A DNA stretch of 62,971 bases, taken from an uncultured archaeon. GTDB taxonomy: Archaea; Thermoplasmatota; Poseidoniia; MGIII; CG-Epi1. Location: contig CAZYZI010000001.1 of the NCBI GenBank assembly GCA_964651915.1, positions 1 through 62,971 of the forward strand. Direction: 5' to 3'. The translations under genes were made by a program, and so were the position numbers. Shown here in pieces: positions 33,878 through 43,714 of the stretch. Position 1 is the stretch's first letter; each line of letters opens with the position of its first letter. A model generated the notes under the pieces. That model did no database searches. It saw only the letters and a list, made by a program, of their open reading frames with translations, and was not told the DNA's origin.

Positions 33878-36800
33878 ATGTCACGCAAACTAACTGCTTT
33901 CCTGCTAGCCATACTAATGTTGCCGCTATCTGCTATGAATACAATAGCTGATGAAGGTGACCCTGATTTATCAATAAATGAGATAACATTTAGCGATGAT
34001 TCACCTACTGGTGGAGATACAATAACGATTACTGCTGAAATTGCCAATGATGGTGGAGCTAGTGGACTGGTAAGCGTGACTACCAATGTTAGCTTTTACT
34101 GGGATGGAAATTATATCGGAAAGGAAAGTATAACAGTTCCTGGAAGTAATACTGCTGATGCAGAAATGGATTGGAGAGCCGTTGGAGGTTCGCATACCAT
34201 CAAAGTAATTGTAGATGAAGAAGAACAAATTCGAGAATCTGACGAAGACAATAACGAAGAAGAAGAAGATATCGATGTCGCCTATCCTCCAATTCTTTTG
34301 CTAGATGACGACAATAGTGACAATAATGGAGGATTCAAAACTGAAACCGATAGCTATTACGTCAATTCATTAGACAATATGACTACGGAAATGGGATATG
34401 ATATTATTAGAGTAAACAGTGGAGAAGATGCACCAGATTATGATACTCTTAGTGAATACAGCTTGATTATCTGGGCTTGTGGAACGGACTATCAAAGCGG
34501 AGATACAGATATCACATTTACAAACAATGATAAAGAAAATGTTGCTGATTTCCTTGAAGGCGGAGGAAGCTTATGGGCTATCGGACAAGATATTCTATAC
34601 GATTTTAACACTGCAGACGGAGAACGTAATGAAGGTGATTTTGAATATGATTATCTCGGAGTTACTTATGTTGATCACGACAGAACTACTCCTGCTGTAT
34701 TGCAAGGTGTAGATGACGATCCTATCTCAGACGGTGTACAATATGATGCAGATGCAATTTCTTCTGATTTTGCCGATGATCTTAATCCGAAGTCTGGATT
34801 TGAAAAAGTATTCAGTTCTGGAGCTCCAGATGATTACAATACTTCAACAATCAGAACTGAAGAGGATTTCAAAGTAGTCTTCATGACAGTAGATTTCAGT
34901 TCGATAACAAATAGTGAAGACCGCGATGAGTTAATGGAACTTGTAGTTGAATACTTAGTTGAACAACTTGAAAATGATGTAAGTCTAAGTCGTTTCAACA
35001 CTCCTAAAGATGGTGAAACTGTTGAACCTAATGTTGATAATATTGTGAATGTTACTGTTCGAAATAGAGGAACTGAAGATCAGGATAGCGTCCAAGTTTC
35101 CATAGATATAAGATGTTTGAACAATACATACCGCTTTACGGATTCTGAAACAATATCATTAGACACTGGTGAAGGAGCATATGTAGAATTTGAATGGGAA
35201 ACTCCTGATGATGAAGATTATGTATATGAAATTAAAGCTGAAGCTACAATTTCGGACGATGAAAAAGAAGATAATAATGGAAAACAAATTTCCGTTAATA
35301 CTTACGTAAATTATGACGTAGCATTATCTGAAGCTAGAGTAGATCCGATGATTGCTGAAAAAGATACGAATCGAGAAATGAGTGTGATTGTAACTAATAC
35401 TGGTGATGTAACAATGAACTCTGATATCAGCGGAAAAGTATATGATGGCGCTGGAGGAACAATGTACAATGGTGAAACTCAATCTACTGGAGATTTGAGT
35501 CCTGGCGATTCTATAACTCTAGAATGGGAATGGTCACCTGATGAATATGGAACTTTCTGGTTCGAGGCCGAAGTACATGATGATGACGATGAAGTTCCTG
35601 AGAATGACAAAGCTACTGCCCTTATGAGAAGTGTTGACATTGAATTTAGCGACGATATGGAAGAAGGGATAAATGGATGGACGCATTACAAATCATTGTC
35701 AAATCCATGGCATTTAATTGATACTGATGAAGATGAAAACAGAGAAGCTGCAAGCCCAACACACGCCATGTGGGTTGGAGATGGATCTAAAGGAGACGGA
35801 GAATACGACAATAATTGGGATTTCTCCCTGTATACTGCAGACAATCATACTCTAGGAACAAATCCATCCATGTCAGTTGAGATTTGGTATAGTACCGAAT
35901 TTAGTTGGGATGGAGGAAATGTACAAATTTCTACCGATGGTGGAATTGAGTGGGAAGTTATCACGCCAGATGGTGGATATCCTGATGATGCTGTAGTTGG
36001 TTTGGATAACGAACCAGGATACACTGGAACCTCGGGTGATGATCCTGATGGAGAAACTGCTTGGGAAACTGCAAATTTCAACCTTGGAAATTATACGAAC
36101 GAAGATGTAAAATTCAGATTTAGATTTGGAACTGATTCTTCTGTGGAAGGCTATGAAGGATGGTATATTGACGATTTCAAAATTGTTAATGGAGTAAGTA
36201 CCCAATTTGAAGATGATTTTGAAGACGGTACTAGTGATTGGGAAGCTGATGTTGTCCTAAGTGAATGGCATTATTATTCAAAAGATGAAGATTATGGAAA
36301 AGCCTATTCGGGTGACTATGCCTGGTACCTAGGAAATCCTGACACTGGAGCTTATAGTGCCTCACTAAATGATTCTTTAGAAACTCCAACTATTGATTTA
36401 GGAGATGGATCTGAGAAATATGTTTCTGCTATGGTTTGGTTTGGAATTGATGGGCCATATGACTTTGTTGCTCTTGAAATAAATGTATCTGGAGAATGGG
36501 AAACTATTGACACATTCCCTGGAAATGATGGTGATTATTCTGAAGAATATGACGATGCTGACGAAAATGGTTGGCTATACGTAGAATCAGATGTAAGTGA
36601 ATATGAAGGTGATATTAACTTTAGACTACGATTTGTATCGGATACATACACACAATACAACGGATTGTATGTTGATGATTTTACACTATACAGTTTACCA
36701 CCAATACCTAATGATGTTGGAACTAAAGATTTGAACGCCCCGGATACTGCAAAACCAGGAAGAGCTGTATCTTTTACTTCTAATATCTATAACTTTGGTA

Positions 36801-39800
36801 CCGAAGATCAAAACAGCTTTGACGTAAGAGGAACTGTAACCAGAGATGATGGAACTGAAGTTTACAACGAAACTCAAGAAGTTGACAATCTTGATTCTAA
36901 AGACAACACTACTTTAGATTGGACTTGGGAAGGAGGGCCAAATGGAACTTACACCATTAGAGTTGAAACATTACTAGAGGATGATGAAAGAGCTGGAAAC
37001 AATCCAAAAGAAAAAGTAATTGATGTTGCAGAAAGTGGATATCAAGTTGCCTTAGCTGTAGAAGAACAAGCTAAAGAAGTACTTTCAGGAGAATCTGTAT
37101 TCTTCAACTTTACAGCTACGAATACTGGAGAAAATAGTGGATATTACGATATTACTGTAGATTATGTTAGTGAACAAGATGAATGGAAAATAATATCACA
37201 CGTTACTACTCTCTATCTAACTTCTGGCTCAAGTCAGGACTTTACAGTTGTAGTAATAGCTCCAACATTAGCACCACTTGGAGATGAACATTCATTCTCA
37301 GTTACTGTGACTAGTAGAGATGATCCAGATACTGAAGATACACAAGAAATCTCTGCGACGCCATTATACTACGAACAAAATGGGGGAGACAAAGTACTCT
37401 TAATCGATGCTAACTTTGGTAAAAATAACGGATATAACAATTACTACAATGTTGATGACATCGATGTAAGAATGAAAGACACCTTGCAAGAATACTTCGG
37501 CGAAGGTGAAAGTCGAGGTTACGATGTTTATACAATTCCATATGATAATGAAGCAGGTGCTTATGGAGAACTTTATCCATATCCTACTAATGAATTAATG
37601 ACAAATTATGATGTAGTAATATGGGTACAAGGCGATCATCATCAAAGAAATTTAACAAATTGGAAGAATTGTATTAGCGATTACTTAGACGCAGGTGGAA
37701 GTATGTGGATTATGGGGCAGCAATACTTAACTGCTCTAAATAGTTCTACAGGCTCAAGAGAAGCTGGAACTTTTGAACATGATTATCTGAAAATAAAATA
37801 TGTAAGTGACAGCTCAGGAACTCCAAACCCAATGATTGGCGTTGAAGACGATGAAATATTCAACGAAGCTGAATATGACATGGGTGATCGAAGTATCTAT
37901 TCATACGACTATGCAGATTGGATTCGTCCAACGGATGATGCTGTAGGAGCTTTCTACACTGGTAAGGGCAACTGGTGGCATATTGTAGATACTGAAGAAG
38001 ATTCAAACCGGAAAGCAAACAGTCCAACTCATTCAATGTGGATTGGAGATGAATCAAAAGAAAATGGAGAATATCATAGCGGTTGGGATTACTCCATATA
38101 TACCTCAGATTCGTTTAGCTTGGGTGTTGGAGGACAATTAAGATTCCAACACTATTATGACACCGAAAGTGCAACATACCCTTATGATGGTGGAAATGTA
38201 CAAATTTCTACTGATGAGGGAGAAAACTGGGAAGTAATACATCCAAGTGGAGGATATCCTGCAGATTCAGTTACTGGACTTGATGGAGAAGCTGGATACT
38301 ATGGTGATTCAAATGGTTGGGTACAAGCATCTTTTGACTTAGGAAATTTCTCAGGCGAGGATGTAAGGTTTAGATTTAGATTTGGTTCCGATGGCGTTGT
38401 AGATAGTTATGAGGGTTGGTATTTCGATGATGTGGAACTAACCGATACCTCTGGATCATTATTCAGTGATGATATGGAAGCAGGAATGAGTGATTGGAAT
38501 GATTCACCTCAGATTTACAACATGTCACTACACTATGATGGAGATTATCGACTTATTGTTTCACCATTCACTTTTGCCTTTGTAAATAATAGTGAAGATA
38601 GAGATGATATGGTTGGTAGAGGTTTAGATTGGTTAAGAGCTGCTGCTGCGGCTGACGACGTTGGTGTCAAATTGTTAGAGATCGAAAGCGCGACAGAAGA
38701 AAACTCTACAATTGCTTTCTCAAGTATAATCAAAAACTACGGTTCTGAAGATCAAGCTGCATTTAATGTAGAAGGAAGAGTCGTTGATTCTGAAGGTAAT
38801 GAACTATGGTCTCAAACACAACTTGCAGGACCTTTACAATCTGGGGAAGAAGAAACCTTAGATTGGGAATGGGATAGTGGAAATCCTGATGAAGTAACTA
38901 TTATTGTTGAAACTCTAAAAGATGATGAAAATCATCGTAATGATATCAAAGAAGAAAATATTGAAATTGTAATGATTTGCATACCAGAAGTCACTACATT
39001 TAACGATCACAAGCAAGGTCAGCCTGGAGATGATGTAATATTTGATTTAATCGTAAGCAACAGAGCCTCAGGAACGGATATTATGGAAATAGAGATGACT
39101 GGAAGTGCTTCAGGATGGGGGCAGATTGCAAATGAAATGGAACTAAAAAGCAACGAAAGTCGAGATTTAGAATTAGCTTTAAAGATTGATGAAGATGCAG
39201 AATATGATGATTATGATTTGATCATAATTGTAACTGCAAGTGATGGAACTGTTGAGGAACTTGAATTACTTGTAACTGTTACTGATAACCCTGTAAATTA
39301 TGAAGTTGAAATTGAATTAGACCCAACAAACGCTGAAACTATAGCTGGTCAAGATGTTGAATTCACAGTAACTATCCATAATAAGGGGGATGAACAAGAT
39401 ACATTTGATCTCAAAGCTAGTGAAGAATGGGTAACATTTGATGAGGATGAAATAACAATTGGGGCAGATGGACAAGCTACTGTTAACGGAATAATTAGTG
39501 TTCCTTCAGATGCTTCAAATGGAAATTCTTACATTGATATCAGTGCAACTTCAAGAGGCGATCAAAGTGCTTCGGATGAGAAGACTATTAAAGTCGTTGT
39601 AGAAGAATTAGAAAGTGGAGCTACCTTACGAAGAGATACTGGAGGGCTGATTACTATTGCCCCTGGTGAATCTGGAGTATTTGAATTTACTTTGTTAAGT
39701 GATAGTAATGGCGAACAAAGTCTCTCTATCGTAACAACGGCCACTGCAGGTGAATGGGCTACGCCATCAATAACTGAAGTAGATTTAGAAGCTGGTGAAG

Positions 39801-40489
39801 GAACTACATTCACTGTAACTGTAAATGTACCTGCTGGAACTTCTGAAGAAACTTACAGACTAGAAGTTTTAATTATGAACGGAGATGAAGAACTCGCAAA
39901 ATCGGTTTCAAACGTAATTGTTCAAGAAATTGTTGAAGAAAATATGGATATTATGTTTTGTTTAACTGATCTTAGTGGATTTTGTTTAAGTTCTGGTAAT
40001 TTTGAAGTTACCATTGAAGCTGAAAAAATACAAACTGCATCAGTAGGGTTCTCAGTTGAAAATTTAGGTAATGTTGATACTGAAATCGCATTTGAAGTGG
40101 TAATGCCTGATGGAACAACTGGCTCCGAAGTTTACTTTGATGAGAACCTAAAAGAATGGAGAATTGCTCTTTCCCCGTCTGAAACAGAACTATACCCAAT
40201 AAGTCTTGATGCGGGAGATACTATGGACTGGGGTGCTGTTGCAGTAATAGCCAGAGAAGTTTCACCTGGTTCCTATACCTTTACAGTAAACTTATTGAAA
40301 GCTACAGAAACTAGTACTGGTAGCTACATTTTTGAGAATCTAGAACAATTAACAATTACTGTTATTGTTGAAGGTGAAACAACGGAAGAAAGTGCTGGAG
40401 ATGAGGAAGATGATTCTCTACTTCCTGGCCCTTCATTCATATCAGTTGTAGCAATGCTAGCGATAATAGTCTATAGAAGAAGAATATAA
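33878..40489 (+). CDS. Giant (2203 aa) acidic surface protein: CARDB repeats, duplicated alpha/beta + Asp-box beta-sandwich super-modules, Ig-like repeats, PGF-CTERM-like anchor
   Basis: Signal peptide and at least 5 CARDB-like units (for example DLSINEITFSD..GDTITITAEIANDGG). Two paralogous sandwich modules carry GGNVQISTD-x-G-x-x-WEV ... VKFRFRFG ... YEGWY-x-DD. Tail SLLPGPSFISVVAMLAIIVYRRRI. Confidence 0.9.
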   Translation: MSRKLTAFLLAILMLPLSAMNTIADEGDPDLSINEITFSDDSPTGGDTITITAEIANDGGASGLVSVTTNVSFYWDGNYIGKESITVPGSNTADAEMDWRAVGGSHTIKVIVDEEEQIRESDEDNNEEEEDIDVAYPPILLLDDDNSDNNGGFKTETDSYYVNSLDNMTTEMGYDIIRVNSGEDAPDYDTLSEYSLIIWACGTDYQSGDTDITFTNNDKENVADFLEGGGSLWAIGQDILYDFNTADGERNEGDFEYDYLGVTYVDHDRTTPAVLQGVDDDPISDGVQYDADAISSDFADDLNPKSGFEKVFSSGAPDDYNTSTIRTEEDFKVVFMTVDFSSITNSEDRDELMELVVEYLVEQLENDVSLSRFNTPKDGETVEPNVDNIVNVTVRNRGTEDQDSVQVSIDIRCLNNTYRFTDSETISLDTGEGAYVEFEWETPDDEDYVYEIKAEATISDDEKEDNNGKQISVNTYVNYDVALSEARVDPMIAEKDTNREMSVIVTNTGDVTMNSDISGKVYDGAGGTMYNGETQSTGDLSPGDSITLEWEWSPDEYGTFWFEAEVHDDDDEVPENDKATALMRSVDIEFSDDMEEGINGWTHYKSLSNPWHLIDTDEDENREAASPTHAMWVGDGSKGDGEYDNNWDFSLYTADNHTLGTNPSMSVEIWYSTEFSWDGGNVQISTDGGIEWEVITPDGGYPDDAVVGLDNEPGYTGTSGDDPDGETAWETANFNLGNYTNEDVKFRFRFGTDSSVEGYEGWYIDDFKIVNGVSTQFEDDFEDGTSDWEADVVLSEWHYYSKDEDYGKAYSGDYAWYLGNPDTGAYSASLNDSLETPTIDLGDGSEKYVSAMVWFGIDGPYDFVALEINVSGEWETIDTFPGNDGDYSEEYDDADENGWLYVESDVSEYEGDINFRLRFVSDTYTQYNGLYVDDFTLYSLPPIPNDVGTKDLNAPDTAKPGRAVSFTSNIYNFGTEDQNSFDVRGTVTRDDGTEVYNETQEVDNLDSKDNTTLDWTWEGGPNGTYTIRVETLLEDDERAGNNPKEKVIDVAESGYQVALAVEEQAKEVLSGESVFFNFTATNTGENSGYYDITVDYVSEQDEWKIISHVTTLYLTSGSSQDFTVVVIAPTLAPLGDEHSFSVTVTSRDDPDTEDTQEISATPLYYEQNGGDKVLLIDANFGKNNGYNNYYNVDDIDVRMKDTLQEYFGEGESRGYDVYTIPYDNEAGAYGELYPYPTNELMTNYDVVIWVQGDHHQRNLTNWKNCISDYLDAGGSMWIMGQQYLTALNSSTGSREAGTFEHDYLKIKYVSDSSGTPNPMIGVEDDEIFNEAEYDMGDRSIYSYDYADWIRPTDDAVGAFYTGKGNWWHIVDTEEDSNRKANSPTHSMWIGDESKENGEYHSGWDYSIYTSDSFSLGVGGQLRFQHYYDTESATYPYDGGNVQISTDEGENWEVIHPSGGYPADSVTGLDGEAGYYGDSNGWVQASFDLGNFSGEDVRFRFRFGSDGVVDSYEGWYFDDVELTDTSGSLFSDDMEAGMSDWNDSPQIYNMSLHYDGDYRLIVSPFTFAFVNNSEDRDDMVGRGLDWLRAAAAADDVGVKLLEIESATEENSTIAFSSIIKNYGSEDQAAFNVEGRVVDSEGNELWSQTQLAGPLQSGEEETLDWEWDSGNPDEVTIIVETLKDDENHRNDIKEENIEIVMICIPEVTTFNDHKQGQPGDDVIFDLIVSNRASGTDIMEIEMTGSASGWGQIANEMELKSNESRDLELALKIDEDAEYDDYDLIIIVTASDGTVEELELLVTVTDNPVNYEVEIELDPTNAETIAGQDVEFTVTIHNKGDEQDTFDLKASEEWVTFDEDEITIGADGQATVNGIISVPSDASNGNSYIDISATSRGDQSASDEKTIKVVVEELESGATLRRDTGGLITIAPGESGVFEFTLLSDSNGEQSLSIVTTATAGEWATPSITEVDLEAGEGTTFTVTVNVPAGTSEETYRLEVLIMNGDEELAKSVSNVIVQEIVEENMDIMFCLTDLSGFCLSSGNFEVTIEAEKIQTASVGFSVENLGNVDTEIAFEVVMPDGTTGSEVYFDENLKEWRIALSPSETELYPISLDAGDTMDWGAVAVIAREVSPGSYTFTVNLLKATETSTGSYIFENLEQLTITVIVEGETTEESAGDEEDDSLLPGPSFISVVAMLAIIVYRRRI

Positions 40490-41284
40490 TTATTCTTCAA
40501 AGGTACCTTGGAAAATTAAAGCCGGTATAAGTGCAAAATAAGACATGTAGAGCAGAAATGCTGCAAACCAAATAGTTTCCCACAAATCATTATTAAAAAA
40601 TCGAAGGGCTACAGTTAGTAAAAGAATTAAGATTCCAAATAATATTGGTTTTAGAAAACCTGCCCTAGCTTTTGCATAAGGTACGGTACTAACTGTAAGC
40701 AAAGATACAATACCTATCGATAATGGAACCGAGACATTGTAAAATTCATTAATCAATGAATATTTTATTGAGATTAGTACAATAAACATTGTAAGTCCTG
40801 GTGATGGCAAGCCCTCAAAATATTTGTTTGAACTTTGGTCACCTATAGTAAACCTAGCTAATCTAAAAAGACTGAGTAAAGCAATCATTAAAGATGCCGT
40901 AATTGCAACCAGATTTTCTATATTATGTTTAAATTCAATCTGCATATCATCATTCAAAATATCTAAGGCTGGACCTTTACTAAGGTCATAATACAATGAA
41001 TAAACTAAGATTGATGGGGCTATTCCAAAACAAATTGAATCTGAAATAGAATCAAAATATTTACCATAATCATGTTTTGTACCAAACTTACGGGCTAAGG
41101 CTCCATCCATTCCATCAATAATTGCTGAAATAGGAAGTAAAAGTAAAGCTACAATATAACTTTCAACCGTACCATCAATAATGTAAGTAATTGCTAGAAA
41201 ACCCAAAGTAGCGCTAGTAAAAGTTGCTAAATCTGCATAGGATATGAACGTTAATGGCTTAAAGAATCTTTTAATAAAATTCAA
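40490..41284 (-). CDS. pssA: CDP-alcohol phosphatidyltransferase, probable archaetidylserine synthase
   Basis: DGMDGALARKFGTKHDYGKYFDSISDSI matches D-G-x2-A-R-x8-G-x3-D-x3-D in a polytopic protein. Lies 1 nt downstream of the ArtA-PSD fusion gene. Head-group specificity is inferred from context only. Confidence 0.65.
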   Translation of the reverse strand: MNFIKRFFKPLTFISYADLATFTSATLGFLAITYIIDGTVESYIVALLLLPISAIIDGMDGALARKFGTKHDYGKYFDSISDSICFGIAPSILVYSLYYDLSKGPALDILNDDMQIEFKHNIENLVAITASLMIALLSLFRLARFTIGDQSSNKYFEGLPSPGLTMFIVLISIKYSLINEFYNVSVPLSIGIVSLLTVSTVPYAKARAGFLKPILFGILILLLTVALRFFNNDLWETIWFAAFLLYMSYFALIPALIFQGTFEE

Positions 41285-41285
41285 T

Positions 41286-42947
41286 TTAATCGAACCCCTC
41301 AGAAGCAGTTGCTTTCAATTTTGAAAAAAGTCTTTTTGGTGCTTCTACAACCTTTTCAACAGTAGATAAATCTGACATCGGAGTGAAAATAGCAATTGTT
41401 TGTCCTGCCAAAATGCGATCTCCTTTCTTAATTTTTAATTCAATACCTGATTCTTCAAAAGTCAAATCTACACGAGAACCAAAATGAATTAGGCCTATTC
41501 TTTCGCCTTTCTTAACTTTGAACTCTGGCTTTACATAACTCACAATTCTTCTCACAAGAAAACCTGCAATTTGAGTAATCTTGACAGGGCCTATTCTTGT
41601 ATCTAATTTAGTGATTAATCTTTCATTCTTGTCTGAATCTTTAGAGAAGGCTGGCATGTATCCTCCTGGTTTATGTTTCTGAGAAATAACTTTCCCATTA
41701 ATCGGCGATCTATTCACATGCACATTTTGAAGATTCATGAATATAGAAATCTTAACCATCCCATTTTTCTTAATTGCTTTTTGAACTAAACCATCTGCTG
41801 GACTCACAATTCCTTTCTGAATTTCTCTATAGGGATCGCGATAAAAGAAAAGAAGGAATGCTGAAACGAAAAGTAGAACTAATGAAATTATGTACATTTC
41901 TTCAAGAGGTAAATCTACACTAATACCTTGGCTGGTAATTGAATCAGCTGATGCTCCAAATGGAAATAATACTAAACCAAATATTGAAATATAAATTACG
42001 CTAGTAGGCATCCCTTTTGCAAAAGGAAGAGGGGGTGCATCTTGTGGAGCTTTGCGTAATGGTAAGTCAATAACGCCAAGTATAGAATCTTGCATTTCGG
42101 GTAAGAAATGAAAAACGGCAACAGCTAAGAATATTAGCGCAATTAAACTTCCTACTTTTCCAATTACGGCATGAGCCCAGAAAAATGTATCATCCCCCCA
42201 AACATGTTCATATGTCAACCAAATAACTACTGCATTACGTATTAAATTTAATAAATATATTGGAGGAACTGTAACTAAGAAACCATTCAACCTACTACGG
42301 AAGGAAGCTTTAGTACAAATTACACCACCTACAAAAATAATCATGCTTTGAAGAGCTGTACATGCAAGAACTATATTGACAGAAGGGGCAAGAGGATCTT
42401 TCCAATTTTCTGCCTCGACTGAAACTCTTACTTCCTGATGTTCTGAACCTGAACGATAAAAACGAGAACCTTCACCATAATCTATTGCGCCCAAACTAGT
42501 CTCGAGATCAAAAATATGAAGAAGCCAAACTGATTGTTCAGCTACCAAATGAATAAACCAGCCAGCAAGTAAAGGAACTCTTTCAACGAAAAAATAAATT
42601 CCACCTGCTACAACTGTCATAGCTGCTAACCATCGTAATGGCTCGTATGATTCTTTCCAGAGAACGCTCAAATATTCGTGGTATGCTAAATATCCAAAAA
42701 ACGGAATCGCTGCTGCACAAATTAAAGCATTAACAGGATCTTTTATCAGAATATAATACTCTACTTGAATCCACCAAAAAAAACCAAGACATAACCAACC
42801 CAGTATCGATATTTGATGTCCTATCTTTTTAGGAAAATGTTTTCCAAGAAAATTATGGCCTTTGTCTGAAAGAAAATAACCTATACTTAAAAGAAATAAC
42901 GAACTTATGACAAAAACTTCGCCCAGTAATGATAAGTCAGTTGCCAT
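41286..42947 (-). CDS. Fusion protein: archaeosortase A (N-terminal ~300 aa) + phosphatidyl/archaetidylserine decarboxylase (C-terminal ~190 aa)
   Basis: N-half is polytopic with IVLAC(196)TALQS, LLNLIR(236)N and FWAH(259)AVIGK, the exosortase/archaeosortase signature order. C-half has FYRDP, SPADG, NVHVNRSP, NER, QIAGFLVRRI and HFG-S(490)-RVD (pyruvoyl self-cleavage site). Single uninterrupted 553-aa frame. Confidence 0.8.
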   Translation of the reverse strand: MATDLSLLGEVFVISSLFLLSIGYFLSDKGHNFLGKHFPKKIGHQISILGWLCLGFFWWIQVEYYILIKDPVNALICAAAIPFFGYLAYHEYLSVLWKESYEPLRWLAAMTVVAGGIYFFVERVPLLAGWFIHLVAEQSVWLLHIFDLETSLGAIDYGEGSRFYRSGSEHQEVRVSVEAENWKDPLAPSVNIVLACTALQSMIIFVGGVICTKASFRSRLNGFLVTVPPIYLLNLIRNAVVIWLTYEHVWGDDTFFWAHAVIGKVGSLIALIFLAVAVFHFLPEMQDSILGVIDLPLRKAPQDAPPLPFAKGMPTSVIYISIFGLVLFPFGASADSITSQGISVDLPLEEMYIISLVLLFVSAFLLFFYRDPYREIQKGIVSPADGLVQKAIKKNGMVKISIFMNLQNVHVNRSPINGKVISQKHKPGGYMPAFSKDSDKNERLITKLDTRIGPVKITQIAGFLVRRIVSYVKPEFKVKKGERIGLIHFGSRVDLTFEESGIELKIKKGDRILAGQTIAIFTPMSDLSTVEKVVEAPKRLFSKLKATASEGFD

Positions 42948-42985
42948 TATTATTGGGACAAAGAAGTTCTAAAAAAACCCTCTGG

Positions 42986-43714
42986 TTATTTTGAAAGCCA
43001 ATTTTGGGCTTCTTTATAGGAGCCTAAATCTCCAATATCATACCAAGTTCCTCGATATGAAACACTTAGAACATTATTCCTCTTAACATTCCAAGTTAAA
43101 AAATTACCAAGTGCATCACGATCTCCTCCGGAATTGATATATTCAAAGAAATTTGAAATTCCATCTTCAGACAACATCCAATATGCTGTCGCAGCTAATG
43201 TAGACTTAGGAACTGAAGGTTTTTCTACAAAGTTCACTATTCTATCAGATTTTAATTCGGCGATACCGTATAACTTAGCAAGATTTATATCTTCAACATC
43301 GTAAAGACCAATAACATCTCTATTAGTCCGATTTGATTTAGAAACCATTTCACTTAAATCAAAATCTGATAAATTATCTCCACCTGCAATTAAAACTGGA
43401 CCTTTGATAGATAACTCAGAGAATAACAAGTTAAGAGCACCCAATGCTCCTAATTTTTCCTCTTCATTTTCACTAGATTCAACAAAAAGTTCAAGGTTTA
43501 ATGAACCTTGGTAATTATCTATAAATTGACTAAAATTAGATGAAAAAAAACTATTTGCTGAAATAATAACTCTTTCAGGAGAAACCTTTTCCAATGTTCT
43601 AAGAACATGTGCAAGCATTGGTTCACCTGCCACATCAAGAAGTTGTTTAGGTGTTTTCTCAGTAAGAGGCAACATTCGTTTGGCAAAACCGCCAGCCAGA
43701 ATGATTGAATCCAT
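42986..43714 (-). CDS. Sugar-/alcohol-phosphate nucleotidyltransferase (NTP_transferase fold; substrate unknown)
   Basis: N-terminal ILAGGFAKRMLPLTEKTPKQLLDVAGEPML is the G-x-G-x-R-L signature of the GlmU/RmlA/LicC-type nucleotidyltransferases. Confidence 0.7.
   Translation of the reverse strand: MDSIILAGGFAKRMLPLTEKTPKQLLDVAGEPMLAHVLRTLEKVSPERVIISANSFFSSNFSQFIDNYQGSLNLELFVESSENEEEKLGALGALNLLFSELSIKGPVLIAGGDNLSDFDLSEMVSKSNRTNRDVIGLYDVEDINLAKLYGIAELKSDRIVNFVEKPSVPKSTLAATAYWMLSEDGISNFFEYINSGGDRDALGNFLTWNVKRNNVLSVSYRGTWYDIGDLGSYKEAQNWLSK

Noticed and set aside
33790-34086. 98-aa minus-strand ORF spanning the folA end and the giant-gene start.
   Set aside because: It is antisense to two strongly supported genes and crosses their intergenic promoter. 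The translation is low-complexity (Ser/Pro/Val/Ala).
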